Positions 1-13,200 of a stretch of DNA of 64,000 nt are shown piece by piece. The position numbers and the translations under genes are program-made. The DNA is from Dipteris shenzhenensis (taxonomy: Eukaryota). Each line of letters starts with the position of its first letter. Within the stretch, counting starts at the first letter, position 1. The notes under the pieces were generated by a model that did not search any database, was not told the origin of the DNA, and worked only from the letters and a program-made list of their open reading frames with translations. The DNA lies in NCBI GenBank assembly GCA_047967505.1, contig CM106538.1; one strand, written 5' to 3'.

Positions 1-29
1 CAGGAATTGGGATTGAGCTCGAGGGGGAG

Positions 30-383
30 TGTTGAGATATCGAGCTCCACTCGCGATATGCCAGGGTGACTGTTGTGCATTTATGTCACCGACTTGTTAG
101 CTGGAGATGCGGTTGGTACACCGCCCACGAATAATAGCTGGGAGACAGCTATCCTTATCTACACTAGTTCGTGTCTCAGTTAGTATGCCACCTTAGTGAG
201 TTGAGTTTGGTTTTGAGACCCACATATAGGGTTCTTCTATTTTCTTTGTACGAGAGTTCTTTTGGCTTTCACAACTAAGAAGAGGAAAACTGTTTTCAGC
301 CTCCACCGTTGTGTGTATTCCCCCATTGTGATTGTGAGAAAGCCTCAAGTGAGACTCCTTCCCTCTCTCCCACAATCTTCACA
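30..383 (+). mobile_element. 3' LTR of a Ty1/copia element, family A
   Basis: TGTTGAGATATC...TCTTCACA, preceded by polypurine tract GAGGGGGAG (21-29). The same LTR family recurs at 1648, 39139, 40193 and 58531. Confidence 0.9.
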
Positions 384-1330
384 CGGTTGGGACAGTCCAC
401 TGATCGAGACTGCATGCCACTTAATCCCATCTTGCCTTTGGAATCATTTTAGAAATGGGCTGTGGATTTCATGGGTCCATTCAAGCCCACAACTGCCCGA
501 TGGGAATCGTTACACTTTGGTAGCCAGTGACTTTTGCACCAAATGGGTGGAAGCTTGGGCCTTGCAAGACAACACCCCAAAATCGGCCACAAAGTGTCTA
601 TACCACAATGTGTTCACTCGGTTCGGGTGTCCAATTGAGATTGTCAGTGACATGGGGACTCATTTTGTCAACAAAGTCATCAAGGAGATGCAACGCTTTT
701 TATATGGTGATTCATAAGAAGTGTTCTCCCTATTATCCACAAGTGAATGGACTGGCTGAGTCTACCAATCATACATTCAAGAGGATCATGTCGCTATTAG
801 TGAATGAGCACCACATGAATTGGGATGAAAAGTTGCTGGCAGCACTATGGGCATAATGCACTTATTCAAGGTGGCCACAGGGTTGAGTCCTTTTAAATTG
901 GCATTTGGGCTAGAAGCAATCATGCCGATTGAACATATTGTTCCGAGTACAAGGATTGCGGTAGAGGACAGGCTCCTCCCATAGGACTCTATGGTATTCC
1001 AATTGGATGTTCTCGACCAATTGGATGATTTGCGAGTGGAGAGCTATTATCTCACCTTGAAGGTTCAAGCTAGGCACAAGCGGAGGGGGGATTTGGCATC
1101 TAAGAAGAAATCTTTTGAGCACGGAAAACTAGTTCTTCTGTTCAACACTCGCCTTGGAAAAATGCCAGGGAAATTGAAATTGCGATGGTCTGGTCTATTC
1201 TAGGTTTTTCATAATTGTGGATCGACATCGTTTTATCTTGCGGATTTGCAAGGGCACGTTCTTCCACATCCAGTTAATGGGTTTTGGCTTCATCCATACC
1301 ATCATGACAGTAGGCTTCAATGCCCATTCC
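384..1330 (+). pseudogene. Ty3/gypsy integrase remnant
   Basis: Frameshifted fragments DFCTKWVEA, FTRFGCPIEIVSDMGTHF, SPYYPQVNGLAESTN and GKLKLRWSG (rve core plus GPY/F-type tail). Confidence 0.85.
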
Positions 1331-1647
1331 CTATCTCTAATGAGGCATGGATTTCTTAGATTGAGGTGGAGGCGGCCGAGCCATTGCATGAGGACAAATG
1401 GCAGAAGGGTTTGTGGCATGATGACATCAGTCTTCTGCAAGATCCTAGCCTAGATGCCATGCAACTCACTATCATCAAGATAGGATATTGGCTCTCTGAA
1501 TTCCAACTCTTGTTCCATTGTTTACATGTTGCAGTTTCTTGCTACTTGCTCATCATCGCACTTGCAGTTCTCTTGAGTGCTCCCTCTTCTTCCGTTGGTG
1601 TATATAGATTCTTAGTCAATTGATGCTCGTCTTCAATGGCTATAGAT

Positions 1648-2334
1648 TGTTGAGATATCGAGCTCCACTCGTGATATGCCAGGGTGACCGTTGTGCATTT
1701 ATGTCACCGACTTATTAGCTGTAGATGCAATTGGTACACCGCCCATGAATAATAGCTGGATGACAGCTATCTTTATGTACTCTAGTTAGTGGCTCAGTTA
1801 GTATGCCACCTAGGTTAGCTGAGTTTGGTTTGAGACCCACATATAGGGTTCACTTATTCCTTTTGTACTTAGAGAGAGTTCTTTTGTCTTTCACAACTAA
1901 GAAGAGGAAATTTGTTTTCAGCCTCCACCTTTGTGTGTATTCCTCCATTGTGTATGTGAGAAAGCTACAACTGAGACTCCTTACTTCTCTCCCACTCTCT
2001 TCACATGGTATCAAAGCTTGGTTCGTGCTAAGGAGCTCAAGAAAACAAACCAAGTTCACAGTGTCTTGGTAAGAGGATCAGTGTTGCTTTCCTTTTTCGA
2101 GTTTGGGAGCAAATCTCTGCAGGTAGCATAGCCGGGAAGTGCAAGAGTGCACTATCTCAGATTTGGACGCCCTTCACGGTGTGACATTATTTTTTAGTTT
2201 TAAGGCCATTTCGAGGCCCGTTTTGGTGGCGGAAGTTTTTTGCAGGCACTCAAAAAAGTGCCTTATTTTTTGCTGTGTGACCATTGTTCCATAGGTCAGC
2301 GAAAAGTTGCCATAGAAATTGCATTTTATGCCTA
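1648..2334 (+). mobile_element. Copia family A 5' LTR (1648-2005), PBS and truncated leader
   Basis: TGTTGAG...TCACA followed by the tRNA-Met-type PBS TGGTATCAAAGC at 2006. The leader matches the family A leader at ~38760-39130 (reverse complement) and stops abruptly at ~2334. Confidence 0.9.
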
Positions 2335-2460
2335 ACACCTATTTCATTAATTTTGGACTTTTTGTGTTGTTTTTGGACGAAGCCCAAAAATCCTTCCCAA
2401 ATGAAAACTTTACTTTATGAAAATATCCTTTCCAAATCAAAATTTTACTTTCTAAAAAGT

Positions 2461-2822
2461 TTCTTCCCAAATCAAAAGTTCACTTTGTGGCACTGTCATA
2501 TTCACATAAAAATATTGTTTTTTCAATCTATACTTTTGCACCAACATGCAAGAATTTGAAATAATCCTATATTAGAAATTCTAGCTATATCTAAGTTATT
2601 TGTTAATTTAATTATTTTTAATATTTTTCCTTGACGTTTTTCCTTCCCAAATCAAAAGTTCACTTTGTGGCTCTATCATATTCACATACAAATATTGTTT
2701 TTTCAATCTATACTTTTGCACCAACATGTAAGAATTTGAAATAATCCTATATTAGAAATTCTAGCTATATCTAAGTTATTTGTTAATTTAATTATTTTAA
2801 ATATTTTTCCTTGACGTTTTTC
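2461..2822. repeat. 180-bp direct tandem duplication, AT-rich
   Basis: CTTCCCAAATCAAAAGTTCACTTTGTGG...TTGACGTTTT starts at ~2462 and again at ~2642, nearly identical. Confidence 0.9.
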
Positions 2823-3099
2823 GTTGACGTGATAAATTTATAAATCCATGAAAGGAGACTTAAATATTTCATGAAAATAACATTGTCAGTCGGCAATATG
2901 CACAAAATTTAACAAAACTTTTAATAAATAGAAAGAAGACATGATGCCATAAGACCAAAGAGGGATAATAGCAATTGTAGCTTTATGTATATGATTACAT
3001 TGAGAGACGTTGCTCTTAGCTAGAGTCTTTATATCCAAAATGATATAGATTGAACATATGTTTACAATTTAAATTGTTGCTCTTAAAGAGCCTCAATTC

Positions 3100-3515
3100 G
3101 TGCCATCTGCATAATTTGACACCCCATTGTCTTATTGCTCAATGTCACGATAGTCCCTTGCCAGTTTCCATCTGCATAATTTGACCTAGGCTTGTCTTGC
3201 CAAGCCTTGCCCCTTGGGTGCATTGACTCCCCATTGTCTTATTGCTCAATGCGATAGTCCCTTGCCAGGTGCCATCTGCATTAACTCCCTGTTGTCTTGC
3301 CAAGCCTTGACCCTTGGGTGACATCCAGTGCAAAATACAGGTGCCATCTGCATTAACTCCCACAAGTTATCTTTCCAAGCCTTGCCCCTTGGGTGCATTG
3401 ACTCCCCATTGTCTTATTGCTCAATGTGATAGTCCCTTGCCAGGTGCCATCTGCATTAACTCCCTATTGTCTTGGCAAGCCTTGACCTTGGGTGATATCC
3501 AGTGCATATTTTGAC
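3100..3515. repeat. Shuffled short tandem repeats downstream of the transposase
   Basis: Recurring blocks GTGCCATCTGCATTAACTCC, CAAGCCTTG(C/A)CC and CCCCATTGTCTTATTGCTCAATG. Confidence 0.8.
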
Positions 3516-3628
3516 TCTCATTTGACATACGAGGTGATGACTCTGATCATAATTGTCTTGGATTGGCTCCTTGCCTAGTACCCAAATAAAATCCTTCTGA
3601 ATCAATGGACTTCAATACAAAGCTTTAA

Positions 3629-6600
3629 TCATGGACATTCTTCATTTGCGCTATCTCCTTCTACTTCCTCCATGGCGAGCATCCTTAAAAATTCGTGTAT
3701 ATGCAAAATAGTTTGCTGTGGTATTTTTATTTTTCCTTCTACCTCATATCCCATGTGCTTCTTTGATTTCTTTGCCCTTGAATGCCAAGACACTATGATT
3801 GTCTCCGTCGAAACTTGAGAGACTGCTTCATCATTTGGGACCCACTCCTTCATTATACAATTAGTATATAATGTGTTGTTATCCATATTCTCCTTCCTGC
3901 CCTTTGGTTCATACCATACCGCTGTAAATGTTGTAGCTCTCCCTTGGTCATCTCTTTGCACATCAACTACTTTTGCAACCCAAAACTTCACATTCTCATA
4001 TTCATCATCCGATGGCCGAACCACAACAAAACAATCAACCTCTATATCTACTTGTGGCATAAACTCTCTCTTCTTCGGTCCACAATATGGACGTGGGAGT
4101 AATGATACAATCATTTTCAAAGACTGGAGCTGGGCGCAAATCGTTATGAACATTTGGCCAAAACATATTGCATTCTTCCTTGACATCCTTTGAGCCTCGC
4201 ATTCTCTCAAGGTCCTTTATTAAATTTCGTGTCTTGTTAATTACAGTGGTAGTGTGTTCTCTCCAAGCAGGCTTCGAATCAGGATATCTCTGGAGCATTT
4301 CCTCTTTGTATGTAATAAATGCTTTTAATCCATCTATTTCACAATTAGACCTCTCATTAAATTCTTGTATAGGAGCCCATGTTGGATACCTTTCCTTGCT
4401 GGGAATTGAAGTTAAGAGACTGTAAGGTTCTTCAGGTTCCCATTTTGTATCATGAGAATACTGTTGCCATTGCATTACGGGTTTTTCATCTTTTAAAAAA
4501 AAACGAAAGTAGTGTGGATTGGTATGACCTGTCAATGCATCACCACCCGTTTGTATGAAAGGTAGAATGAAGCTCTTCCAATCATACATTCTTTCGAGCC
4601 TCTCACATACTGTACTTTCCTTACGACCACCAACTTGCCTACCACATCTTCTTACCAAGTCATCTATTGTCTCCACATCCTTGCATTTAAGCTCCCTTGA
4701 GACTGTGCTAAAAACCTGATCGATATCCTCATGTGTATGCCCAACATACAAAAATCCACATTCGACCTCATTGAAGATTCGATGAGCAACTAGCATGGAG
4801 GAGAAGGCAAACATAAGTACATTCTTATTTTCTCACCAGCAATTATCAGCTTGTATTCTCAAAGTCGGTGGCAGGCGACCTTTTTCTGCATGTACATTGC
4901 GAATTGCCTTCATAATAGATGTTACAACTTGATTGCTATCATGTAGATGCAAGGAATCAATCCATATATCTGCAAAGAACTTAATTCCATGCACTAACAC
5001 TCCACATAGATGTGTCTTTAGAAAGTGCTTTCCTTGTAATTTAGGTGGAGTGGCAACAAGACGAGGCAATGTTGTTGTATTCTGATCCATGCCATCTACA
5101 ATAAGACACATGTAGTCATCAGGATGCGAAATAGCTTGCTCCTTCCAAAATGCATATTTTTGTCTGAAATGTCGAATAAGGTCATGATGAGATTTTCGGT
5201 TTTTTTTGTATAATTCCCTTTGATTTGGACATGTTGCACTCTCAATCGCTCGCTTTAAATCATCACAGACATTGCACTTTGACATTTTTTGCCTCCTTGG
5301 GATTTTAACATATCCAAAGTTCTTCTTCCAAAGAGTATACAAAGTATGAGAAGAAGCTACAGCATCCCCTCTTTGCCTTTGCTTTTCTGCAATAGAGTCA
5401 AATACTTCGAGCTTTGTCAAGCCCATTGGAAGGTGCATTTCAGTGATCGCGTCACCGTTAGGGAGTTTGGTAGATATATGGGGTTGAGGCAAAGCATTTT
5501 CATGTATGAAGTCTTGTAAAATTGCTGCTGCCCTGACAGTTGAGATTCTTGATTTGGACCTTCCTCTATTACCGTGAATGCTAAATTTGTTGCCGCCCTT
5601 TGCCTTGGTGACTAAATCCCAATATGTACCATGGGATAATCCAGTAATATTGCGATATGCCTTATTGCAAATCCTTTTTCCATTTACGAGAGGTTTTACC
5701 TTTTGTCTTGAACTTAGCCTTTTATTGCCATTCTGAAGAAAGCAAGAGAGACTTGTGAGAAGGTATTCATTTCTTTCGCTTCCCCTTCTTTGCCACACGT
5801 GTCCTCTACATTCCCTGATGTCTGCAAGATCAATGAAGCGCATACATCTTCACTTGCAACATAGATATCCCAATGCATTTAACATGTTCTCCTCCTTCAT
5901 TACTCTCTTCCTCTTTGGTTGCTTTTGTGGATCTGCCTGGATTCTCTTTCTCTTCATGCATATGTATGACCGTTTTCGTTCCTCGTACACATTGTTATCT
6001 GTATTTATGCACTTCCTCTCCTCACATTTGTTTGTAACCAAGCATCCATGATTGGTCGTTGCATCCTTGTTCATATCACAATCAAAGTTAAATACTGAAT
6101 AATCCTCTGTTGATCTCATCCTCATTTTTAACATACTCTTAGGACCATTCAATGAATTCAATATTCTACGAGAGTATTGAGAACCTTGAAACTCTTCCAC
6201 TCCTGAGAGAACATCACTCATTGGGACATCTTGCATGGCTTTCACAAATCCACAACCTTGATTGACACCAGGTTTGTTAATATGCATGAACTCATCCACA
6301 CTTGACAAGACATCGCTATTGAAACCTTTGCCCTTCTCACTGTGCAAGAATTCATCCACCCCAGATAAGGCTTCGCTTCTAAAATCATTTTGTTTCTTGG
6401 AACCAATGAACTCATCCACTCTAGATAAGATGTCACTTCTATAATTGAGTATATTGAAATCATCCACATTTGAAGTGATAGAGCCTGGCACATGGGCACG
6501 CTTTTTAGGTCCTTTGATATTGTAGTATGCGTTGTCTTTATCATTGAAAACCACGTGCCTCTTTCTCATGTTTAAAAATTGCATGCTCCATCTCATATTC

Positions 6601-7126
6601 TTGCCTACCTCATAGTAGGGATCACATAAGGATGTTATGTTATCAACCGTACCATCATCAGTGACTTTTAGAATCCTCATCTGCGCAAATGACCATTGCT
6701 CCACTTGTTCAAATCCCAATACTTCACCTTCTGCTACAATCTTATTTGCAAATGATCTCATTTGTAAAATGTCCCCTATAGTAAAATCCAAGGTGGTGCA
6801 CTTTGTATTCTTGATAATGTCTGTTGCATAAGTCTCATCTTTGTCCCATGCTATAAATGATTTGTTGGATGTATTGTAGGGCATAACATCTCCAAGTGTT
6901 TCCATATCTCCACATTTATACTTTAGCTCAACATGTGCGCTAAGAATCTTTGATACAGTAACTGCTACCTTATCTTCGCCAAGTCTTCGAAAGTGGCAAA
7001 GTGAATTGGGATCACTATCATGGATTGTAGCAAATGCAACTACTTCTCTTTTGCTACATAAAATCACATCCATCCCTGGAACAAAATCTATAGTCATCTC
7101 CTTTGTGAGAGTCCTTCGCAAGCAAG
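3629..7126 (-). pseudogene. Large DDE/DDD DNA transposase, Sola1/DUF7869-like (~1150 codons; 2 in-frame stops, 1 frameshift)
   Basis: ORFs 5850-7121, 4833-5843 and 4035-4814 share one frame, separated only by TGA codons (LCCK*RCM; QADNCW*ENKN). Motifs: KCNVC, IVDGMDQ, LRIQADNCxxENKN, GFLYVGHTHEDIDQVFS, NPHYFRF. A frameshift near 4110 leads into the C-terminal ORF 3629-4210 (FVVVRP..FWVAKVVDV..VWY). Confidence 0.8.
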
Positions 7127-7221
7127 CTGCAGTGGCAACAATTACATAAATATTAGTCTCTTTTTAATAATCTACTTATTTATTATAATTTTTAATTAGT
7201 ACTTAATTTATTAGTGGGAGA

Positions 7222-10200
7222 AGTTATCCGATCAAGTACTCATCAGATGGACATGCCAAGTTATCCTTTGCATGGTCAATCAAGCATTAAATACTATTTT
7301 TGCTCTAGTGTCATGCACATCCGTAAAAAAACATGAGCCTACTAGGTACGTTATCCAATCAAGCACTAATGGGATGCGGGTGCCACTTTGCATGTAAGTC
7401 AATTCCACCTAGTTGAGGTGTACAAAAAGTGTTGTGCCCATCGGATATGCTTTGCATGGTCCATCGAGCATTAAATACTCTTTTTGCTCCTGTCATGCAC
7501 ATCCATAAAAAAAACACGCTGCTAGGTGTGTTATCCGATCAAGTACTTATGCGATGGGAATGCCACTTTGCATGTAAGTCAATTCCACCTAGTTGAAGGT
7601 GTGTGCAAAGTATTGTGCCCATCCAATATGCTTTGCATTGTCGATCAAGCATAACACACTATTTCTGCCTTACTGTCATGCACAACCATATAAAAACACG
7701 GCCATAGGTGTGTTATTCAAATAAGTACTTATAAGATGGGGGCTCCACTTTGCACGCAAGTCCGTTTTAACTACGTTGAGGTGCGTGCAAAGTATTGTCA
7801 CCATTGGATATGATTTGCATGGTCGATCACGCATTATACACCATTTTTTCCCTAATGATATGCACATTCGCACAAAAACACGCCATTAGGTGTGATATCT
7901 GACCAAGTACTTATCGGATGGGTGTGCCTCATTGAGAACATTTCAATACCACCTAGGTTGAGGCGTAAAAAAAGTTTTGTGCCCATTGGATATCCTTTGC
8001 ATGGCCAATCGAGCATCAAATACTATTTTTACTCTAGTGTCATGCACATCCGTCAAAAAACACGCTACTAAGTATGTTATATGATCAAGCACTTATGGGA
8101 TGGGTGTGCCACTTTGCATGTAAGTTGATTCTACCTAGTTGAAGGTGTGTGCAAAGTATTGTGCCCATCGGATATGCTTTGCATTGTCGATCAAGCATAA
8201 AACACCGTTTTTGTCTTAGTGTCATGCACATTTGTCAAAAAAAGCAGTCCTAGATGTGTTATTCAGACTAGTACTTATCGGATGGGGGCTCCAGTTTGCA
8301 CGCAAGTCTGTTTCAACTAGGTTGAGGTGTGTGCAAAGTATTGTCACTATCGGATATGATTTGCATGGTCGATCACGCATTATACACCGTTTTTTCCCTA
8401 GTGGTATGCACATCCGCAAAAAAACACGCCCTTAGGTATGTTATCTGATCAAGTACTTATCGGATGGGTGTACCTCTTTGACAACATTTTAATACCACCT
8501 AGGTTGAGGTATAAGAAAAGTATTATGCCCATCGGATATGCTTTGCATGGTCGATCGAGCATTAGATACCATTTTTGCCTTAGTGCCATGCACATCCGTA
8601 AAAAAACACGCTGCTAGGTGTGTTATCCGATCAAGAACTTATGCGATGGGAATGCCACTTTGCATGTGAGTCAATTACACCTAGTTGAAGATGTGTGCAG
8701 AGTATCGTGCCCATCCGATATGCTTTGCATGGTTGATCGAGCATTAAATACCATTTTTGCCTTAGTGCCATACACATCCGTAAAAAAACACGCTGCTAGG
8801 TGTGTTATCTGATCAAGCACTTATGCGATGGGCGTGCCACTTTGCATGTAAGTCAATTACACCTATTTGAAGGTGTGTGCAAAGTATTGTGTTCATCGGA
8901 TATGCTTTGTATTGTCGATCAAGCATAACACACCGTTTCTGCCTTAGTGTCATGCACAACCATATAAAAATACGGCCATAGGTGTGATATTCAAATAAGC
9001 ACTTATCAGATGGGGGATCCACTTTGCACGCAAGTTTGTTTCAACTATGTTGAGGTGCATGCAACATATTGTCACCATCGGATATGATTTGCATGGTCGA
9101 TCACGCATTATACACCATTTTTTTCCTAATGATATGCACATCCGCAAAAAAACACGCCATTAGGTGTGTTATTTGACCAAGTACTTATAGGATGGGTGTG
9201 CCTCATTGAGAACATTTCAATACCACCTAGGTTGAGGCATACAAAAAGTTTTGTGCCCATCGGATATCATTTGCATGGTCGATCGAGCATTAAATACTTT
9301 TTTTACTCTAGTGTCATGCACATCCGTCAAAAAACACGCTGCTAGGTATGTTATCCGATCAAGCACTTATGGGATGGGCGTGCCACTTTGCATGTAAGTC
9401 TATTCCACAAGTTTGAAGGTGTGTGCAAAGTATCGTGCCCAGCGGATATGCTTTGCATGGTCGATCGAGCATTAAATACCATTTTTGCCTTAGTGCCATG
9501 CACATCCGTAAAAAAACACACTGCTAGGTATGTTATCTGATCAAGCACTTATGCGATGGGCGTGCCACTTTGCATGTAAGTCAATTACACCTAGTTGAAG
9601 GTGTGTGCAAAGTATTGTGTTCATCGGATATGCTTTGCATTGTCGATCAAGCATAACACACCGTTTTTGCCTTAGTGTCATGCACAACCATATAAAAACA
9701 CGGCCATAGGTGTGTTATTCAAATAAGTACTTATCAGATGGGGGCTCCACTTTGCACGCAAGTCCGTTTTAACTACATTGAGGTGCGTGCAAAGTATTGT
9801 CACCATCGGATATGATTTGCATGGTCGATCACGCATTATACACCATTTTTTTCCTAATGATATGCACATCCGCAAAAATACACGCCATTAGGTGTGTTAT
9901 CTGACCAAGTACTTATCGAATGGGTGTGCCTCATTGAGAAAATTTCAATACCACCTAGGTTAAGGCGTCCATCGGATATGCTTTGCATGGTCGATCGAGC
10001 ATTAAATACTATTTTTGCTCTAGTGTCATGCACATCCGTCAAAAAACACGTTGCTAGGTATGTAATCCAATCAAGCACTTATGGGATGCGCGTGCTGCTT
10101 TGCATATAAGTCTATTCCACCTAGTTGAAGGTGTGTGCAAAGTATCGTGCCCATCGGATATGCTTTGCATGGTGGATCGAGCATTAAATACCATTTTTGC

Positions 10201-13200
10201 CTTAGTGCCATGCACATCCGTAAAAAAACACGCTACTAGGTGTGTTATCTGACCAATTACTTATCGGATGGGTGTGCCTCATTGCGAACATTTCAATACC
10301 ACCTAGGTTGAGGCGTACGAAAAGTTTTGTGCCCATCGGATATGCTTTGCATGGTCGATCGAGCATTAAATACTATTTTTGCTCTAGTGTCATGCACATC
10401 CATCAAAAAACACGCTTCTAGGTATGTTATCCGATCAAGAACTTATGGGATGGGCGTGCCACTTTGCATGTAAGTCGATTCCACCTATTTGAAGGTGTGT
10501 GCAAAGTATTGTGCCCATCGGATATGCTTTGCATTGTCGATCAAGCATAAAACACCGTTTTTATCTTAGTGTCATGCACATTCGTAAAAAAACGCAGTCC
10601 TAGATGTGTTATTCAAACTAGTACTTATCGGATAAGGGCTCCAATTTGCATGCAAGTCCGTTTCCACTAGGTTGAGGTGTGTGCAAAGTATTGTCACCAT
10701 CGGATATGATTTGCATGGTTGATCACGCATTATACACCGTTTTTTTCCTAGTGGTATGCACATCCGCAAAAAATCTGTGACCAAGTACTTATCGGATGGG
10801 TGTGCCTCTTTGACAACATTTTAATACCACCTAGGTTGCGGTATGAGAAAAGTATTATGCCCATCGGATATGCTTTGCATGGTCGATCGAGTAGTAAATA
10901 CCATTTTTGCCTTAGTGCCATGCACATCCGTAAAAAAACACGCTCCTAGGTGTGTTATCCGATCAAGCACTTATGCGATGGGAATGCCACTTTGCATGTA
11001 AGTCAATTCCACCTAGTTGAAAGTGTGTGCAAAGTATTGTGCCCATCAGATATCCTTTGCATGGTCAATCGAGTATTAAATACTATTTTTACTCTAGTGT
11101 CATGCACTTCCGTCAAAAAACACACTGCTAGGTATGTTATCCAATCAAGCACTTATGGGATGGGCGTGCCACTTTGCATGTAAGTCAATTCCACCTAGTT
11201 GAAGGTGTGTGCAAAGTATTGTGCCCATCGGATATGCTTTGCATTGTCGATCAAGCATAAGACACCGTTTTTGCCTTCACAACCGTGAAAAAACACGGTC
11301 CTAGGTGTATTATTCAAACTAGTACTTATCGGATAAGGGCTCCAATTTGCATGCAAGTCCATTTCCACTAGGTTGAGGTGTAAATTATTGTCACCATCGG
11401 ATATGATTTGCATGGTTGATCACGCATTATACACTATTTTTTCCCTAGTGGTATGCACATCCGCAAAAAAACACGCCCTTAGGTATGTTATCTGACCAAG
11501 TACTTATCGGATGGGTGTGCCTCTTTGACAACATTTTAATACGACCTAAGTTGAAGTATAGGAAAAGTATTGTACCCATTGGATATGCTTTGCATGGTCG
11601 ATCGAGCATTAAATACCATTTTTGCCTTAGTGCCATGCACATCCGTAAAAAAACACGCTGCTAGGTGTGTTATCCGATCAAGCACTTATGCGATGGGAAT
11701 GCCACTTTGCATGTAAGTCAATTCCACCTAGTTGAAGGTGTGTGCAAAGTATCGTGCCAATCGGATATGCTTTGCATGGTCGATCGAGCATCAAATACCA
11801 TTTTTGCCTTAGTGCCATGCACATCCATAAAAAAACACACTTCTACGTGTGTTATCTGATCAAGCACTTATGCGATGGGCGTGCCACTTTTCATGTAAGT
11901 CAATTCCACCTAGTTGAAGGTGTGTGCAAAGTATTGTGCCCATCGGATATGCTTTGCATGGTCGATCGACCATTAAATACTATTTTTGCTCTAGTTTCAT
12001 GTACATCCATAAAAAAACACGCTGATAGGTATGTTATCCAATCAAGCACTTATGGGATGGGCATGCAACTTTGCATGTAAGTCAATTCCACCTAGTTAAA
12101 GGTATGTGCAAAGTATTGTGCCCATCGGATATGCTTTGCATGGTTGATCGAGCATTAAATACCATTTTTGCCTTAGTGCCATGCACATCCGTAAAAAAAC
12201 ACGCTGCTAGGTGTGTTATCTGATCAAGCACTTATGCGATGGGCGTGCCACTTTGCATGTAAGTTAATTCCACCTAGTTGAAGGTGTGTGCAAAGTATTG
12301 TGCCCATCGGATATGCTTTGCATTGTCGATCAAGCATAACACACTGTTTTTGCCTTAGTGTCATGCACAACCATATAAAAACACGGCCATAGGTGTGTTA
12401 TTCAAATAAATACTTATCAGATGGGGCCTCCACTTTGCACGCAAGTCTGTTTTAACTACGTTGAGGTGCGTGCAAAGTATTGTCACCATCGGATATGATT
12501 TACATGGTCGATCACGCATTATACACCGTTTTTTCCCTAGTGGTATGCACATTCGCAAAAAAACACGCCCTTAGGTATGTTATCTGACCAAGTACTTATC
12601 GGATGAGTGTGCCTCTTTGAAAACATTTTAATACAACCTAAGTTGAGGTATAGGTAAAGTATTATGCCCATCGGATATGCTTTGCATGGTCGATCGAGAA
12701 TTAAATACAATTTTTGCCTTAGTGCCATGCACATCCGTAAAAAAACACGCTGCTAGGTGTGTTATCCGATCAAGCACTTATGCGATGGGAATGCCACTTT
12801 GCATGTAAGTCAATTCCACTTAGTTGCAGGTGTGTGCAAAGTATCGTGCCCATCGGATATGCTTTGCATGGTCGATCGAGCATTAAATTCCATTTTTACC
12901 TTACTGCCATGCACATCCGTAAAAAAACACACTGCTAGGTGTGTTATCTGATCAAGCACTTATGCGATGGGCGTGCCACTTTGCATGTAAGTCAATTCCA
13001 CCTAGTTAAAGGTATGTGCAAAGTATTGTGCCCATCGGATATGCTTTGCATGGTGGATCGAGCATTAAATACCATTTTTGCCTTAGTGCCATGCACATCC
13101 GTAAAAAAACACGCTGCTAGGTGTGTTATCTGATCAAGCACTTATGCGATGGGCGTGCCACTTTGCATGTAAGTTAATTCCACCTATTTGAAGGTGTGTG

